DNA from: Paraspadella gotoi
Lineage: Eukaryota; Animalia; Chaetognatha
Reading direction: 5' to 3'
Assembly: GCA_051294375.1 (NCBI GenBank)
Contig: CM119265.1
Span: 10,433,042 to 10,497,041 of the forward strand
Length of the DNA: 64,000 nt
Both the position numbers and the translations under genes were made by a program. Under the pieces are notes generated by a model. The model did not search any database. It worked only from the letters and a program-made list of their open reading frames with translations, and had not been told where the DNA came from. Within the stretch, counting starts at the first letter, position 1, and each line of letters starts with the position of its first letter. Positions 36,479-49,748 of this stretch are shown here, one piece after another.

Positions 36479-39400
36479 TTAAAATTCCAAAGTCTGAAAG
36501 ACGACAGGAAATTCCTTGAAAAAAGTGGCGTACAAACGGACGCAATGATCGATGGAGGACGTGCACCCCATCTCACGAATAGAATGCATGGACAACTGAG
36601 GGCAGCCGATATCCACCGTGGCCATTCCCAGTCGAGCCGACATGATCGGCCCGATTGTGGAGCCGCAGGGGGAGTCGTTGCGGACGACGAAGTCTTGGAG
36701 GGGCACGCCTTTTGAGGTGAGGGGGAGAGAAATAAAGAAAATGCGTAACGCGGATTGTTTTAAAATTCTTTGGATATTTTAAATTAAATGAAGATCGAAA
36801 AGGAAACTAAACCATTTAATACCGGCCTTCGAAGCGACTTGGCGCAGCAAGGTGGTTGTGATGGCGGTGGTGGCGTAGCGCTGGTTCGAGTTAAATTTGA
36901 CGACGACGCCCTTGTGCATCGCCGGGCGGTGATTCTCCTCGTGTTTTTCTCCGTAATTCGGGTGAACAGCGTGAGCCTACGTAAAAAAATCTTAAAAGCA
37001 TAAGGATTGTCGCAATTGCATAAGAAAAATCTGGATTGACGACAAATTTTGATACTAAAAAAAATCAAATTTGAGAAAAGAAAATTAATTTTAAACAGAA
37101 AGAAAAAGAAGAAAAGAATAAATAAATAAATAAATAAATAAATAAAGAAAGAATAGAAAGGAAGGAAAGAATAGAAAGGAACGAAAGAATAGAAAGGAAC
37201 GAAATAATAGAAAGGAACGAAATAATAGAAAGGAACGAAAGAATAGAAAGGAACGAAAGAATAGAAAGGAACGAAAGAAAAGGAAAGAAAGAATAGAAAG
37301 AAAAGAAAAAATAGAAAGAAAAGAAAGAAAAATAAAAATAAAGAGTGACGAGAAGAAAGAACGAAATAAAAACCCGATGTTGCGATACAAAATGATAACA
37401 TGCACGAATGCGAATGCGATGCCTAATTTTACAATTTCAATCCTCATTCAATTTTTTTTTAAATAAAAACGCAGAGAGAGAGAGAGAGAGAAAGACTCCG
37501 TTTTTTTCGATGAATCAGCCTGGGTAAAAGAGAGAGAGAGCGCTACATATAATTAAAAGAGAAAAGAGAGAGAGGAGACATAAAAATTTTGTTTGTTCTG
37601 ATAAAACGAAAACAAAACAAAACAAATTTAATAACTGTCCTCACCTAATTTCAAGGACCTCGGTGATGAGAAGCTATATATAAATTTTCAGCCTCATACA
37701 CCCAAATTTAATCAACAAAAAGGCGATCTATAAATTGGAACGCCGACGACGACGCCACTTATATGCAAAACCACCGCAAAATCGTCGCAAACGCAAAGCG
37801 ATTGCGACGGTAAAAAGTTGAGGACGAAGATAAATAAACCTAAGTGATTAAGTTTTATAATAATAAATATACCTGATCGGCCGAGATCATCAGAGATTTA
37901 GCGATGGCCGTTTCAAAAGTGTCGGCCGATGCTTCCCCGCCGCAGCACTTCGTCAAACGACGCAATACGTTTTCCTAAACGAGGGCAACTTCAGTAACTT
38001 TAGAACAAAAACAAAAACGTTTAACGGACAAACCTGAAACATGGACTCGGCCCCCTGGGCTGACTGCGACCCGACCTCCTCGTTGTCGAACAGACTGATC
38101 ATGCGCACGTTTTCTTCATTCTCGAGGGAATTGCTCTCCAGACTCTGGACGAGGCCCTCGGTGGCCGCGTAAGCGTTAACGAGGTTGTCCAGTCGAGGAG
38201 CGAAGATGAACTCGTCAAAGGCACCGCCGATAGTGGCGAGGGTGGCGTCGGCCAGGCAGAGCTCAAAGTCCATCAGTTGGTCGGGCTAAGGAGTCGAGAA
38301 AATGTTTCAAGTATTCAAAATTTTTGAACATTCTTTTTTTTTATTTTTAAAGTTGGATTGTTAAATGGTTATAAAATAAAAACATTTTTCCCAACACGTA
38401 CTTGAACCCCGAGTTGGTCGCAAATGATCTTAACGAGAATCGGAGGATGTTTGGAGTGCTGCTCCTGAGTCGGGGCTTGTTTGGAATCGATGGTGGCCGC
38501 TGCGTCGACCCCGGGCGAAGCCGGTTTGTAAAGCTCCTCTTTCACGACCGTCGCGAGAACTGAAATAAAATGTGGATATTTTACCGATTCAGAAATGAAG
38601 AAGCTAAGCGCGATGAAGCAAACCCTTATGTTTCTTTAAGTTTCTCACTCGGACAAAGGTGGGTCTCCTTGTTGGGAGAAAACTTTTCGTTGGTGGTTCT
38701 GTCCAAATGGATGGCAAGATTGGGAATCCGCATGATCGGTCGCTCCACGTGGATTAAGTGGTGTCTCAGTCGGCCGTCGGCCTCGCGAACGAGAACTCTT
38801 CCCGCCACCTTCAGGTCACGATCGAACCAGGTGTGCCAAATTCCACCGCCGTAACATTCGACGCCGACCTGAATTTAAATACAAAATATCAAATATATAT
38901 ATATATATATATATATCATCAACGAGAAGCCTGAAGCGAAGCCACTCCACGTTATTGATATTATATTAGTTGTCATTTCAAGTCACCCGAGAAGAGAATC
39001 TTTTTAAATGTAACGAAAAATCCGGAGCGCCGAAGGTTTTTCCCACCTGCACGTATCCTTCCTTCTCCTTCTTCTTCGACACCGGTTTGACCTTGAGACA
39101 AGGGGAGTCGGTGTGAGCGCCCACTATAGAGAACCCGTTTCCCGGTTTAAACTTTTTGCCGACGGCGAAAGCGATGATGGTCGACTGGTTCTTGGTGACA
39201 AAGTGTTTGTCACCGGGGGCGATGGTCCACGAGTCTTTTTCTGTAAGTTGATAAATCAAATGTTAAGAAAAGTGCGAAATCTATCATAATCAGAAATAAA
39301 GTTTTATTGATTAAACACGAACGAAGTAAGTTTGTTTCCATTCCAAACATTTGGTAAAAGTTTATGTCCGACAAAAGGCTAAAAGAATGACCAATGCTTC

Positions 39401-39732
39401 AATCCGTTTCTCGCCTGACCCTTAATCTCGGAAAATCCAGCATTGATCAGCCTCTGCTTGCACTGATCGACGGCGTGATACGGCGAAGGACTCCGATTAA
39501 CGAACTCGACGAAGCGTTCGGCCGCCATTTTGACGGCGTCAAGAGAGATGTCATTTCCAGAGTCGGACGCGACCGTGGCGACGGAGCGAGCATCGCAAGT
39601 GCAGACCTTTTTCGCTTGAGACATAGCGACGAAGAAGCGACGGTAGAATTCGGCGGAGAAGTCGGAGAAACTGGATGATGGCGGGGGAGAAAGTTTAACG
39701 CAAGAAAAAACTAAAGACCGAACCCTAAGCAT
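36479..39732 (-). CDS. DNPEP: Aspartyl aminopeptidase (M18); start at 39732 or 39624
   Basis: [76 protein letters not shown]. Confidence 0.95.
36983..37816 (+). mobile_element. Family B HINE-like element with an internal 18-bp minisatellite (gaatagaaaggaacgaaa), inserted in a DNPEP acceptor pyrimidine tract
   Basis: 5' subterminal gtcgcaattgc pairs with 3' gcgattgcgac; homology to 54576-55196. Confidence 0.7.
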
Positions 39733-39895
39733 AACCTTTTTTTCATGAAAAGGCAAATAAAACAACGTAACAGATGATATCACAGATAATAAATAAAAAA
39801 AAACAATTTAATTAGAATTACAAGAGCGAATCATCGCCAGGTTTAATGAACAAAATATGTTCCGAAAAGTCGTTGATAATCTTCAGTAAATTCTG

Positions 39896-42800
39896 TCATG
39901 AAAACAACCGAATCTGTTGAAGAGTGACGTCGCTCTCGTCGCACTTTTCCACCAAGCAGGCGACGTAGGTCAAGCGCCGACTCAGAATTGCCTCGATGTC
40001 GTAATAATCACGTCCTTCTTTCACTGGTGGTAGGAGGGTCAGAGCAAAGTCACTTGATAACTTGAGCCTTGTTGGTCTCGTGTCCTCTTGGACATTGTCG
40101 CTTGCGACCATCAGGTGGAGTGTGACGCGGGTGACTGGAGTGACAGATTTGACGCAGACATGACAACTTTGATAGGCGGAGCCGTCGTCGTCGATTGGGC
40201 GGCCACAATCCGGACAGGCGCGCTCGCTGAAGGCATTGTCGTAGTCCACTGCGATGACGCGTCCGGTGAAGGAGACGAGATCGGAAATGCGGGATGAGGG
40301 GAGAAAGTCGGGAAGGCGGACGGCGAATTGGGGACGAGGGAAGTCGCTGGAAAGGATGAAAAACGTCGTAAAAAATACAGTAATATTAAAATAAATTACA
40401 AGAAATAAATATGTAATCTAATAAAATATAATAAATACCCAAGTCCAGAAGGAGCCTCAACGATGCAGGCGTCCACGTCGATCACCACGGCACCGTCGAT
40501 GAGCGCCACGCCCTCAAGAAGCAACGAGAGACGACGCTCTGCCTCGACGCCGGCGACGACGGAGGGGGAGAGCGAATCTAGAGAGGGGACGAGGACGGTA
40601 GAAAGAGAGGAAGAAGAATCGAGGCAGTGGAGGAGAGAGAGGGTGGAAGAGGAGGAAGCGAGCACGGCGAAGACGAGGTGAACCACGATGTCGTAGCGAC
40701 GAGGAACGGTGGCCGAATCCGACGGTTTCATCTCTGACCAAAGAGTTGTGACTGGCTCGGACTTTCGAAACGGACGTTCTTCTGAGATCGGCGATTTGGA
40801 GGACTGAGTCTTTCGTTCTCTTTTTTCTTCTTCGTCGTTTTTTTCATCTTCGTTTTCGTCGCAGTCGACGTTAATGGCGGAGACGACGTTCCTCCAAACG
40901 ACAGGAAGTTTTGTATCGATATTTTCGGTCAAATCGGAATCGTCGAGAGACGAATTTATGAAGCAGAAATCCGTGCAAAGGATAATTTCGTCGTCGTCCT
41001 GTTTTGGCGAAAGAATTACATAAAAAAAATAACGACCAAAGAAAAATAATCCTTTTTCCAATTACGATTTTCAGGCTCTGCCAGGGAGACGCGATGGTGA
41101 CGAAGACGCCCCGCGTGACGCTCAACGATTCGACAGTTTCACGAGAGAAGAGAACTCGGATGACATCATCGCTTTGGTCGTCGTCTTCGTCTTTTACCAC
41201 GCGGCACGTTGTCATGGAAACGCATCCCATGGGCGCAGGACGAGTCAAAACTTGTACTTTCATGGTTTTCGAGGCTGCAAAACAAAGGAGTCGCGAATAA
41301 CAACAAGCATTTAGTCACCTTTGACAATATCTCCTTTCAGGAAAAAAAAATTTTCAGCTCAGAGAAAAAAAAACAACCTTATTTGAAAGTCCTAATTCCC
41401 TCATAAAATAATAAAAAAATTTAAAAAGCTTTCATGACCTGGAAAGACAATGTTACTCAATGTCAAGTCAGAATGTAGTATATTTTTCTTAAATCTAAGA
41501 AACCTGCATTCCCCTTTTCCCTTTATCGTAGTTCAAACCTATTAAATAATTAATTGTGAGATCGATTGTTTTTAATTTAAAAAAATTATAACTTTTCAAC
41601 CGATAATTCTTTCAGCAAAACAAAGGGAATTATCTCTTTATTGGCCACAATTTTTTTTTAAATTCTTTCATAAACNNNNNNNNNNATACCGCCACATTAT
41701 CCAAAATTTTGGCCAAAATTTTTTTAAAATTCTTTCATAAACATTAATTAAAATATTGTGGACGAACATCGAGAACACGCAACCTCGGTCAAACCACATG
41801 ACCTTACCGAACTTACCTCGCTCAATTCCCCAACTTATTTATGGTCAAACGTTGACCTTATTGGTAAATAAATAAATAAATACCTTTGTAAATACCATTG
41901 TAATAGACTTAGCATCTGAGCATTTTTACTGTTATTGTTTATAACCTTGTTGAAGAATAAATCATTCTTGATCTGAAACTTGTGTCGTCCACAATATGTT
42001 CGAAAAATTTGTATGATGTATGGAAACCTTTTACACAATACTAGTTTTTTGATTTAAAAACTTTTGATATATGGCAAGGGCTAATAGGTTGGTTGTATCA
42101 ATTTCATACTAATCGACTAAAAAAAAAAAGGGATTTGTTCTCACCTTTATTCCCGGCAAAAACAAAGGCACCGTTCGTTTTTTTCACGTTGTACGACCAA
42201 AACGCTACGTCCGACCGCTGTCGGTTTTCGAGTCGGACGAGGCGTTCCGCCAGACCGCCCTTGAGATACTTTTTGCGCAATCGCTTGTCTTGCGGGTCCG
42301 GCGGCGGATGTCGCGACGGAGTGACGACGGTGGATCGGGAACTAGGAAGCGTCACCGCCGCAGCCGCCGCCAAAGGGGAGGGCGTCTCCGAGGGAGAATC
42401 GATGGAGACGACAGGTGAATTAGAAGGAGAAGGAGGCGGCGGAACTGAGTCTACAGGCGGAGGCGACGACTGAGAGATTTCGGCGAACATGTCCGGACTT
42501 TCCGAGTGAAGAATTGGTTCGTGCAAGTCTTTCATCGGCAAAACATTCCGAGCATGATTGTTCACAGAGATCGTAATGCTTTTTTTCGACGAAGACGATT
42601 TAAGAGCGAATGGGTGAAGTCGCCACGAATCCCCATCCGCGACCACGCCCATCGCCTTATCGACGTTGATGATGGAGGACAACGGAATCCTCTTCTCATC
42701 TTCGCTACTTTCGTCGACGAACCGAGACGCGACCGAAGTACACGCTTTTGACAAACCACGCTTAAGACCCGCTGCTTCGCTTCTCTTTACCATAGCTTTC

Positions 42801-43726
42801 ACCGAAGACTCGCCGGGATTACTTTCCTGACAGACACGAACGACGAGAGACTTGGCGGCGCCGGTTCCGTCTTTGAATTTCCCCGGAGTCGCGTTTTCCT
42901 CGTCGGTGTCGTCCTCGATTTCGGGCTCTTCATCTTTTTCGGCTCTGTACGGAATGTGACGCTGCGGCGCGGAATTGACGGCGCGGCGCCGTGGCGTCGA
43001 CCAGGCGTGACATCGCAGAGCTGGCTGGCCGTTTTGTCGCTCAACGATTCGGGCCCTCTCGCTGCAGGAACTTGCAGCCGACGACGTCGAGAATGGCACC
43101 TGCCGAGAATGCGCCTGGGTGGTAGAGTACGATTTGTCTAAAATCGACCTCGAGTTTTTAGTTTCCGCAGGACGGACGACAACGCCGCTGCGAAAGCAGA
43201 CCGCCGTATTTGGCGACGACAAATTCGCCTCTAACGGCCGAAGTTCGCGAAGTTTACGTTTGATACTCGGTGACTTATCCTCCGGAATTTTGAGGGAAAC
43301 GACGGAAGCGGGAGTCGTCGCTTTGGGTTTTAAATCGACCGACCGAGTTTCATCCAAGTTGAAACTTTCTTTTGACGACGAATTTTCCTTCACGAAGTCA
43401 AGTCTTTTCGGCGTTCGGCGCCGAAACGACTCCGACAAGGAGGATCTCGGCCTCACAGAGGGAGGCGGAGTCTTCCAACTTTCGCGAAGAGAACGGTTTA
43501 ATGACAGCGCCACTCCAACATCAAAAAACGAGGTTGTCGAGGTTGCGAGCTTTCCCGTGACGACCTCACCCCCGAGACCTTTTCGTCGTTTGGTGGCGTC
43601 GGGAGTCGCCGCGGAGTCGTTCTCGAATCCGGCGCCCAAATCGTTCCATCCGCGACTCGAGTCGCGACGTCGTGAAAACTTATTCAAAATCATTCGTCGA
43701 AGATGCGAATCGAAATCCCCGCTCAT
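39896..43726 (-). CDS. SPIDR: DNA repair-scaffolding protein SPIDR (KIAA0146), 4 exons
   Basis: KGGLAERLVRLENRQRSDVAFW matches SPIDR GGLAERLNGLQNRERSAISLW; PWQSL motif; C-terminal CPDC...CHVC zinc-ribbon region. Confidence 0.82.
41676..41685. other. Assembly gap (10 N) in SPIDR intron 1
   Basis: N run. Confidence 1.
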
Positions 43727-43912
43727 TTTAAAGAGCAGAAAAAGTAATTTTAACTCTTTTTCAAAGCTTTTTCTTTCTAAAATTATAAGAATAAAAAAAA
43801 CTTAATGACTAACTGACGATATTATATATATAATATATATAATAATAATAACAATAAAAAAGACAGCAACAACTGGAGCATAAGATAGTATAAGATCGCG
43901 TTTGTATTGTTA

Positions 43913-44786
43913 TCAGGCGGAAATCTTCTCGGCTTTTTCCGGCTTTTCCTTTCCAGTCATCTTCGCTACGACTTCGTCGATTAGTTGCGTGAGGCTCGTG
44001 TTTTCGTCTTTATCGTCGTAATCGACGACGGAGAATTTGGCGTTGATGGCACCGCGAACCATCCCGGAAAGAATTCGCCCGCTCGAAGGTCGGAAGAGAC
44101 AAGTCACCGGTTTGTTAAGAATGCGGGCCACGCCTGAAAAAAAAAATCCAGGTTGATTCAATGTATAGAATATAGAAGCTAATGTGGCGAATCCTAAATT
44201 CTCCTCCCGTATAGTGTGGACGCAACAAGTAGCTTGGTAAAACTCTGCTCGTCCCATTGGCTTGGACAGCTCAGTACTCGTTCACCAACCGTGTGTTCCG
44301 GGTTTAATCCCTTCACTGTCACGCTGGTTAAGTGTGATGGTGTCGGCATAAACACGCCAGTGACATGGGGATTGGGGAGCGCCAGCTGTCGGGAGATGCC
44401 CCGGCATCGCACGTCTCCCTGTTGCCATACTAATTTATATCTAGCATACTCAAACCACATACCCAATTCGTAACCTACGCCCAGCGAAGGCGTGGTCACC
44501 TCGGCGACGACGACGTCGCACTCGCGAAGCCACTCGAGGTCGCGGTCATGGATCCACTGGTCATTGGCATTTGGTTCCGGATTTGGGTCCGCAATGACGC
44601 CGATGTCGTGTTCCGTCAGGACGTCGCCCCACTGTCTTGAAAAAGACAGCGATGATTTAGAATAAGGACGGCGAGCGGTGTCGCTGTTGCCAAAGAATCT
44701 TTTTACCTCAATCCGGAAATCAAAGACCGGTAGATAGCCACGTCCTGCTGGCCCCCGCGAATGCTCCCGCAAAAGTATATTTTCAT
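43913..44786 (-). CDS. DNPH1: 2'-deoxynucleoside 5'-phosphate N-hydrolase 1 (RCL), 3 exons
   Basis: MKIYFCGSIRGG, VLTEH, IHDRDLEWL, VVAEVTTPSLGVGYELG, CLFRPSSGRILSGMVRGA. Confidence 0.95.
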
Positions 44787-45131
44787 CGCTACAAATTACC
44801 CTAACAAAACCCCTAAAAACAATAGAAATAAAAAAAAAAAATGAGAATGTAGATTTTCAAAAAAAATATACTAAAACTAGTAAAATACAAAAACGCGATA
44901 ACTGAGAAAGTCAAAAAAAAAAGCGAATGAGATTTTTTAAAGAAAAATGCTACGTTTATGTCATAACACTGCCTGTCCATTTTCAAGCGCATAAATTGGA
45001 TAATGTTAATCGAAACCAAAAAAAATATTTTAATCTTTTTATCGACAATAATTTCTCCTACTAAAAACGGAACGAAAGAGTCTCTCTCTTTCTCTCTAGG
45101 GTTATATCAATTTCTTAGCCTTTGTTGATCA

Positions 45132-48100
45132 TCAATTCTGAGATTCTTTAATTTTTTTCAGGTATTTAGCGTCGAGGCAACTGAGATCCAGGGATTTGGG
45201 TTTCTCCCAGGCGAAGTCGTCTCGTCCAAAATGGCCGTAGCAGCTCGTCAATCTGAGAAAGAAAATTGTTAAAACTGATGATTAAATTCTCACACTCCCC
45301 TCACAGAAAATACGAACTCACCTGTAAACGGGTTTTTTGAGTTCCAACTCGTTAACGATCTTTCCCGGGCGAAGATCAAAGTTTCGCTTGACTACTTTGA
45401 GAAGTTCGGCCTCTGGCACCGCCGCCGTCCCATAGGAGAAGATGGTGATGTTGAGCGGCTCGGCGATGCCGATGGCGTAGGAGAGCTGCACCATAACGCG
45501 GCGACAGAGACGGGCCTTGACGAGGGATAGGGCGACCCAGCGGGCGGCGTAAGCGGCCGAACGGTCCACCTGTTATTATATCAGGTCAAACAAAGACAAC
45601 ATTTTGTAAATTGTACATGAAATCTTTTTTTTAAGAACACTTTTCAAAAAAGATAATGCAACTGTGTTAACTTTTCCTAAAAGTCAACAGAATGTACCAT
45701 GATGGAAAAAAAATTGTCGCGGTTACTTTCCAGCTATTTTTCGGCATTTTAATGTAAGAATCAAAAAATAAAATTTAGATATCAAAAAACTTTGACCTTT
45801 TGTAATTCATATGAGCTGTATCTCATGTATGACAAAAAATACAGGAGTTCCATGCAAAAGAAAAAATATAGGAATTCCATACAAAAAAAAAATTTTTAAT
45901 ATCTACATTTTTTATCTATATTAATTTCCGGTTCTTTTTTATTATTTTTTGAATTAAACCAATATTATTAAAAACCCCCGCCTTTTCTCAGTCTCATGAG
46001 TCATATCAAATGGTTATTGCATCATCTCCATTAGGATAGATTTAGGGATGAATCTTAATTCATATATTAAAAAAGAGCAATATTAAAAATACATTGATGC
46101 TGTAGATGCTCCAGAATATTATTTTTAAATCAATAAAAGTTATAAGGCTCCGGGTAACCTTTCTGTAAGCAAAATTATTATTTTTATTTAACTTTGGATG
46201 TATTATCAGAATCAAGTATCAAACATGTTAAAAAAAAAATCAAAGATTTTGTTGAGATGAATGACAATGAATTATCATATTTGGCAGCAACAACTCAAGC
46301 CTGGTATACTATATAAAAGATCAAACTTTTTACTGCTTGCCAAAGATCATTTTTTGCCCCAAATTTGATAAAAAATATTATATCAAAGATATAATATTAA
46401 CAATAATGTGAGTAATCCTTTTAATAAAAAAAGAGTAAAAACAGTTAAAAACAACCTCTTTAGGAAGTATTTGTATGTATTAAATAATTTTATGCTATTA
46501 AAAAATAATTATTTTATTCAGGACTAGAGAGGTCATATTACCTATTAAAACTTATTTATTAACCAAAAAATATATTTGACAAAATTAACTGACTTTTCCA
46601 AACCGCGAAAATTTTTTTCCATCATGGTACACACCTTGGTATAATCCTTTCCCGAAAAGGCGCCGCCTCCATGTGCGCCCCATCCACCGTAGGTGTCGAC
46701 GATAATCTTGCGCCCCGTGAGGCCGCACGAGCTTTTGGGTCCGCCGATAACGAAGCGTCCCGAGGGTTGGAGGTGATAGATGGTCTTGTCGTCAAGATAC
46801 TTCTCGGGGACGACCGATTTGACGACGTTTTCCATTAACTTTGTGATTGAAAGTTGTTGAAGAATAATGAAAGTCGTCAAAGTTAAATCATAAACTTTCC
46901 GTTCGAACCTGTTCGCGCATGTCTTTCAGATCCATTCCTTCTTCGTGTTGAGTGGAAATGACGACCGTGTGAACGCGAATAGGCGCTAAAATTCCGTCCA
47001 CGTAGTCGTATTCACATGTGACCTGGGTTATTATTACGTAAATAGCAAGATTCGAAGGTTGATGAAATATTTATTATTTAATTACAGACATTTACCTGAG
47101 CCTTGGAATCCGGTCTGAGCCATGGAAGTGCCCCGGAATATCGTAATTCCGCCAGTTTTTGGTTTAGTCTAAGAAAATAAATTATAGTCGGGGGATTAGA
47201 ATTGGAAAATGCGTAACTCCGTGAGAAAGACGAACCTGTGAGCGAGCAGAATGGTGAGAGGCATGCCGTCGTCCGTCTCGTCCGTCGCGTAGCCGAACAT
47301 CAAGCCTTGATCGCCGGCGCCGATGTCCTCTTCAGCGCGCTTTTCGTGAACGCCTACCGAAATGTTAGGCAATTACTAGAATGTATATTCAATTTATATA
47401 TTTAATTTATTCATAATAATAATTCAGTAGATCCCGACTCTATAATTCACTTTGTCGGTCCGTCGTTCCGCCCCCTCAATCTTGTCGGCCATTCACTTAT
47501 ATCATGTCAGAACATCGAATTATGATAAATTATGCAAAAACAAGTTTGAGCAAACAATGTCGGATCTGCCTACGATAATTAAGCGGTAATCAGCTAATCA
47601 GATGATAAATCACAATATTTTTTTAAATAACTTGCATCATTTTTTCAACTTGTATAATTTTTTTAAATTGCATCATTTTTTCACATTAATTAAGTAATCA
47701 ATTAATTAAAATATTGATTAGTAATCATAAATAATAAAGCTTCAAGTAAATGTGACTTATGTTTTTTCCATTTAAACTCATTTCCACTGGCACGATTCCG
47801 TCAAAACTTTATATCAAGCTTCTTCACACACTTTCCTACCCGCACACATAATTTTATCTCAATTTATTAATTCAATTATGAATAATTAGAAATTTGTGAT
47901 AATCCTTTCGTTTGTTGTTTGAAATAGATTAGAGGAAAAACAAGATTAATTGTTTAATTCTCCTCTTCTAAATTTCCCTTTACTGTGTTTTAACTTCTTA
48001 CCTACAATTTTTTAACAACCAGATTGAAAAACAAATCTTTAAAAAATATGCTTACCGATTTAACTTGACAATTTTGTTATTTACCGATTTAAAAAAAATT

Positions 48101-48493
48101 ATTGAAAACAGAATGTTTATATATAAATAAAAACCTATTTTTTTTGTGATTACTGATGGCTATAATGTATTTCTCGATGTATTAGCTCTAATACATAAAT
48201 GATTACGCATTGTTATGCTGAATGACCTTTCCTCTTAACAACATTTATTTTTTTATGTAATGGACAAGTTTCGACTCTAGTTTTCGAGTCTTCATCAGCA
48301 TTGAAAAAGATACTTTCACAAACTTTTTATATTGGTTTAAGGGAGAGAGAGAAGGAGGGAGATATTGAAAGAGAGAGAGAGAGAGAGTGAGAGAGTTTCC
48401 AACTAAGAGATTGAGTAAAGGACAGTGGTCAGATGTTAGGACAGGAGAAAGTGAGGGAAGGGAAGGAGAGTGAGTGAATTTGAGATTGGTGAA

Positions 48494-48548
<55 letters not shown>

Positions 48549-49247
48549 AATACATTTGGCAATGTACAACAGTGAATAGAAGTGAAAAACTAAAGTAACA
48601 TAAGTTAATAATAAATAATCCCAGAAAAGGCAAAGGCAAAGCGCGTGAGCTATTCTTTCGGCCCTTCCTAAACCCTACCGTGATGCCATAGATATTGGTT
48701 ACGGAGAAGATAAGAAAACCATTCAGTTTACCACGTTTGATTACCCGTTTAGGATCTCAAGGGGAACAGCTAGCCATATATTCTACCTTGCGCAATATCA
48801 GGAGACTGATGATCGATAGCGACGAGGACGTTGCACGTGGTGGCGTCGAAGCCGGTGGACGAGTGGTTGTAGCCCACGCGACGGACTGTTTCGCGGACGA
48901 CCTTCTGGTGATCAATGGCCGCCTTGGAAGTAATCTCGCCGAAGATCATCACCATTCCTGTCTTGATGCAAGTCTCGCAAGCCACCTTCGCGTCCGGGTC
49001 CACCTGCACAAAGAGAACCGGGGGGGTGGGGCTCACCTCGACAATACTTTTTCTATTTGAATCCTCGCGTCTGTTTCCACCCCTTCCCCCAACCAACCGT
49101 CAAATGCGCGTCCAAAATGGCGTCGGAGATCTGGTCGCACAGTTTGTCAGGATGACCCTCGCCCACCGACTCGGAGGTGAAAAGAAAGGCAGTTCGGCTG
49201 CTGAGGTTGGCGATCGCCGCCTGAGTGTCACCGGATCCGTCCCTCAT
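45132..49247 (-). CDS. MAT: S-adenosylmethionine synthetase with an atypical active-site loop, about 8 exons
   Basis: [63 protein letters not shown]. Confidence 0.95.
45697..46627. mobile_element. TA-flanked MITE (family D, Tc1/mariner-type target site), inserted about 6 nt from a MAT splice donor
   Basis: ta|ccatgatggaaaaaaaattgtcgcggtt ... aaccgcgaaaatttttttccatcatgg|ta; inverted second copy at 26141-27500. Confidence 0.85.
48259..48302 (-). ncRNA. Minimal type I hammerhead ribozyme in a Penelope-like pseudo-LTR remnant (about 48243-48620) in a MAT intron, sense strand
   Basis: Minus strand reads AAUG CUGAUGA a GACUC gaaaacua GAGUC GAAA cuug UC CAUU, followed by AAUAAA. Confidence 0.8.
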
Positions 49248-49748
49248 GTTTTTAATTTTTAGTTTAATCACAACGGATATAATTTTGATTCCTTTTATGA
49301 CTATAGTAATGCAATGATTTTAATAAACCGGTAAGTAATAAGAGGTAATTAGGTCCTCCTTCGTTAATTTTTATTTTGATTCTAAAAACTTTCTTAAACG
49401 GACGTCCTTTATTGACACTTTTCACTAGTATATCTTCATTGTTAGTCGCAGAGAAGGTACCAGTAAAATAATTTACCATAGTCAACACTCATTACTTAAT
49501 CAACTGAGCATTTTGTCTACAGGAGTTGCTCGTATAAAATATCAAATGAGTTTTTTTACTTTCAGAGAACAGCCTTAAAGGAGATATAGTAACTACGAGT
49601 TTATTGTTGACCCTAACTCATAAGACATAACTCATAACTATCAAGGTAAGAAAAATTATTGGTACAAAGTATGATGTAATAAAAAAAATAACAATATGAT
49701 TAACAATAAAATAGTCTCACAATTCCAACAACTAGTTTCGCAGGAGTC

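Noticed and set aside
36784-37447. Phe-rich ORFs
   Set aside because: Translation of minisatellite and microsatellite sequence inside a transposon
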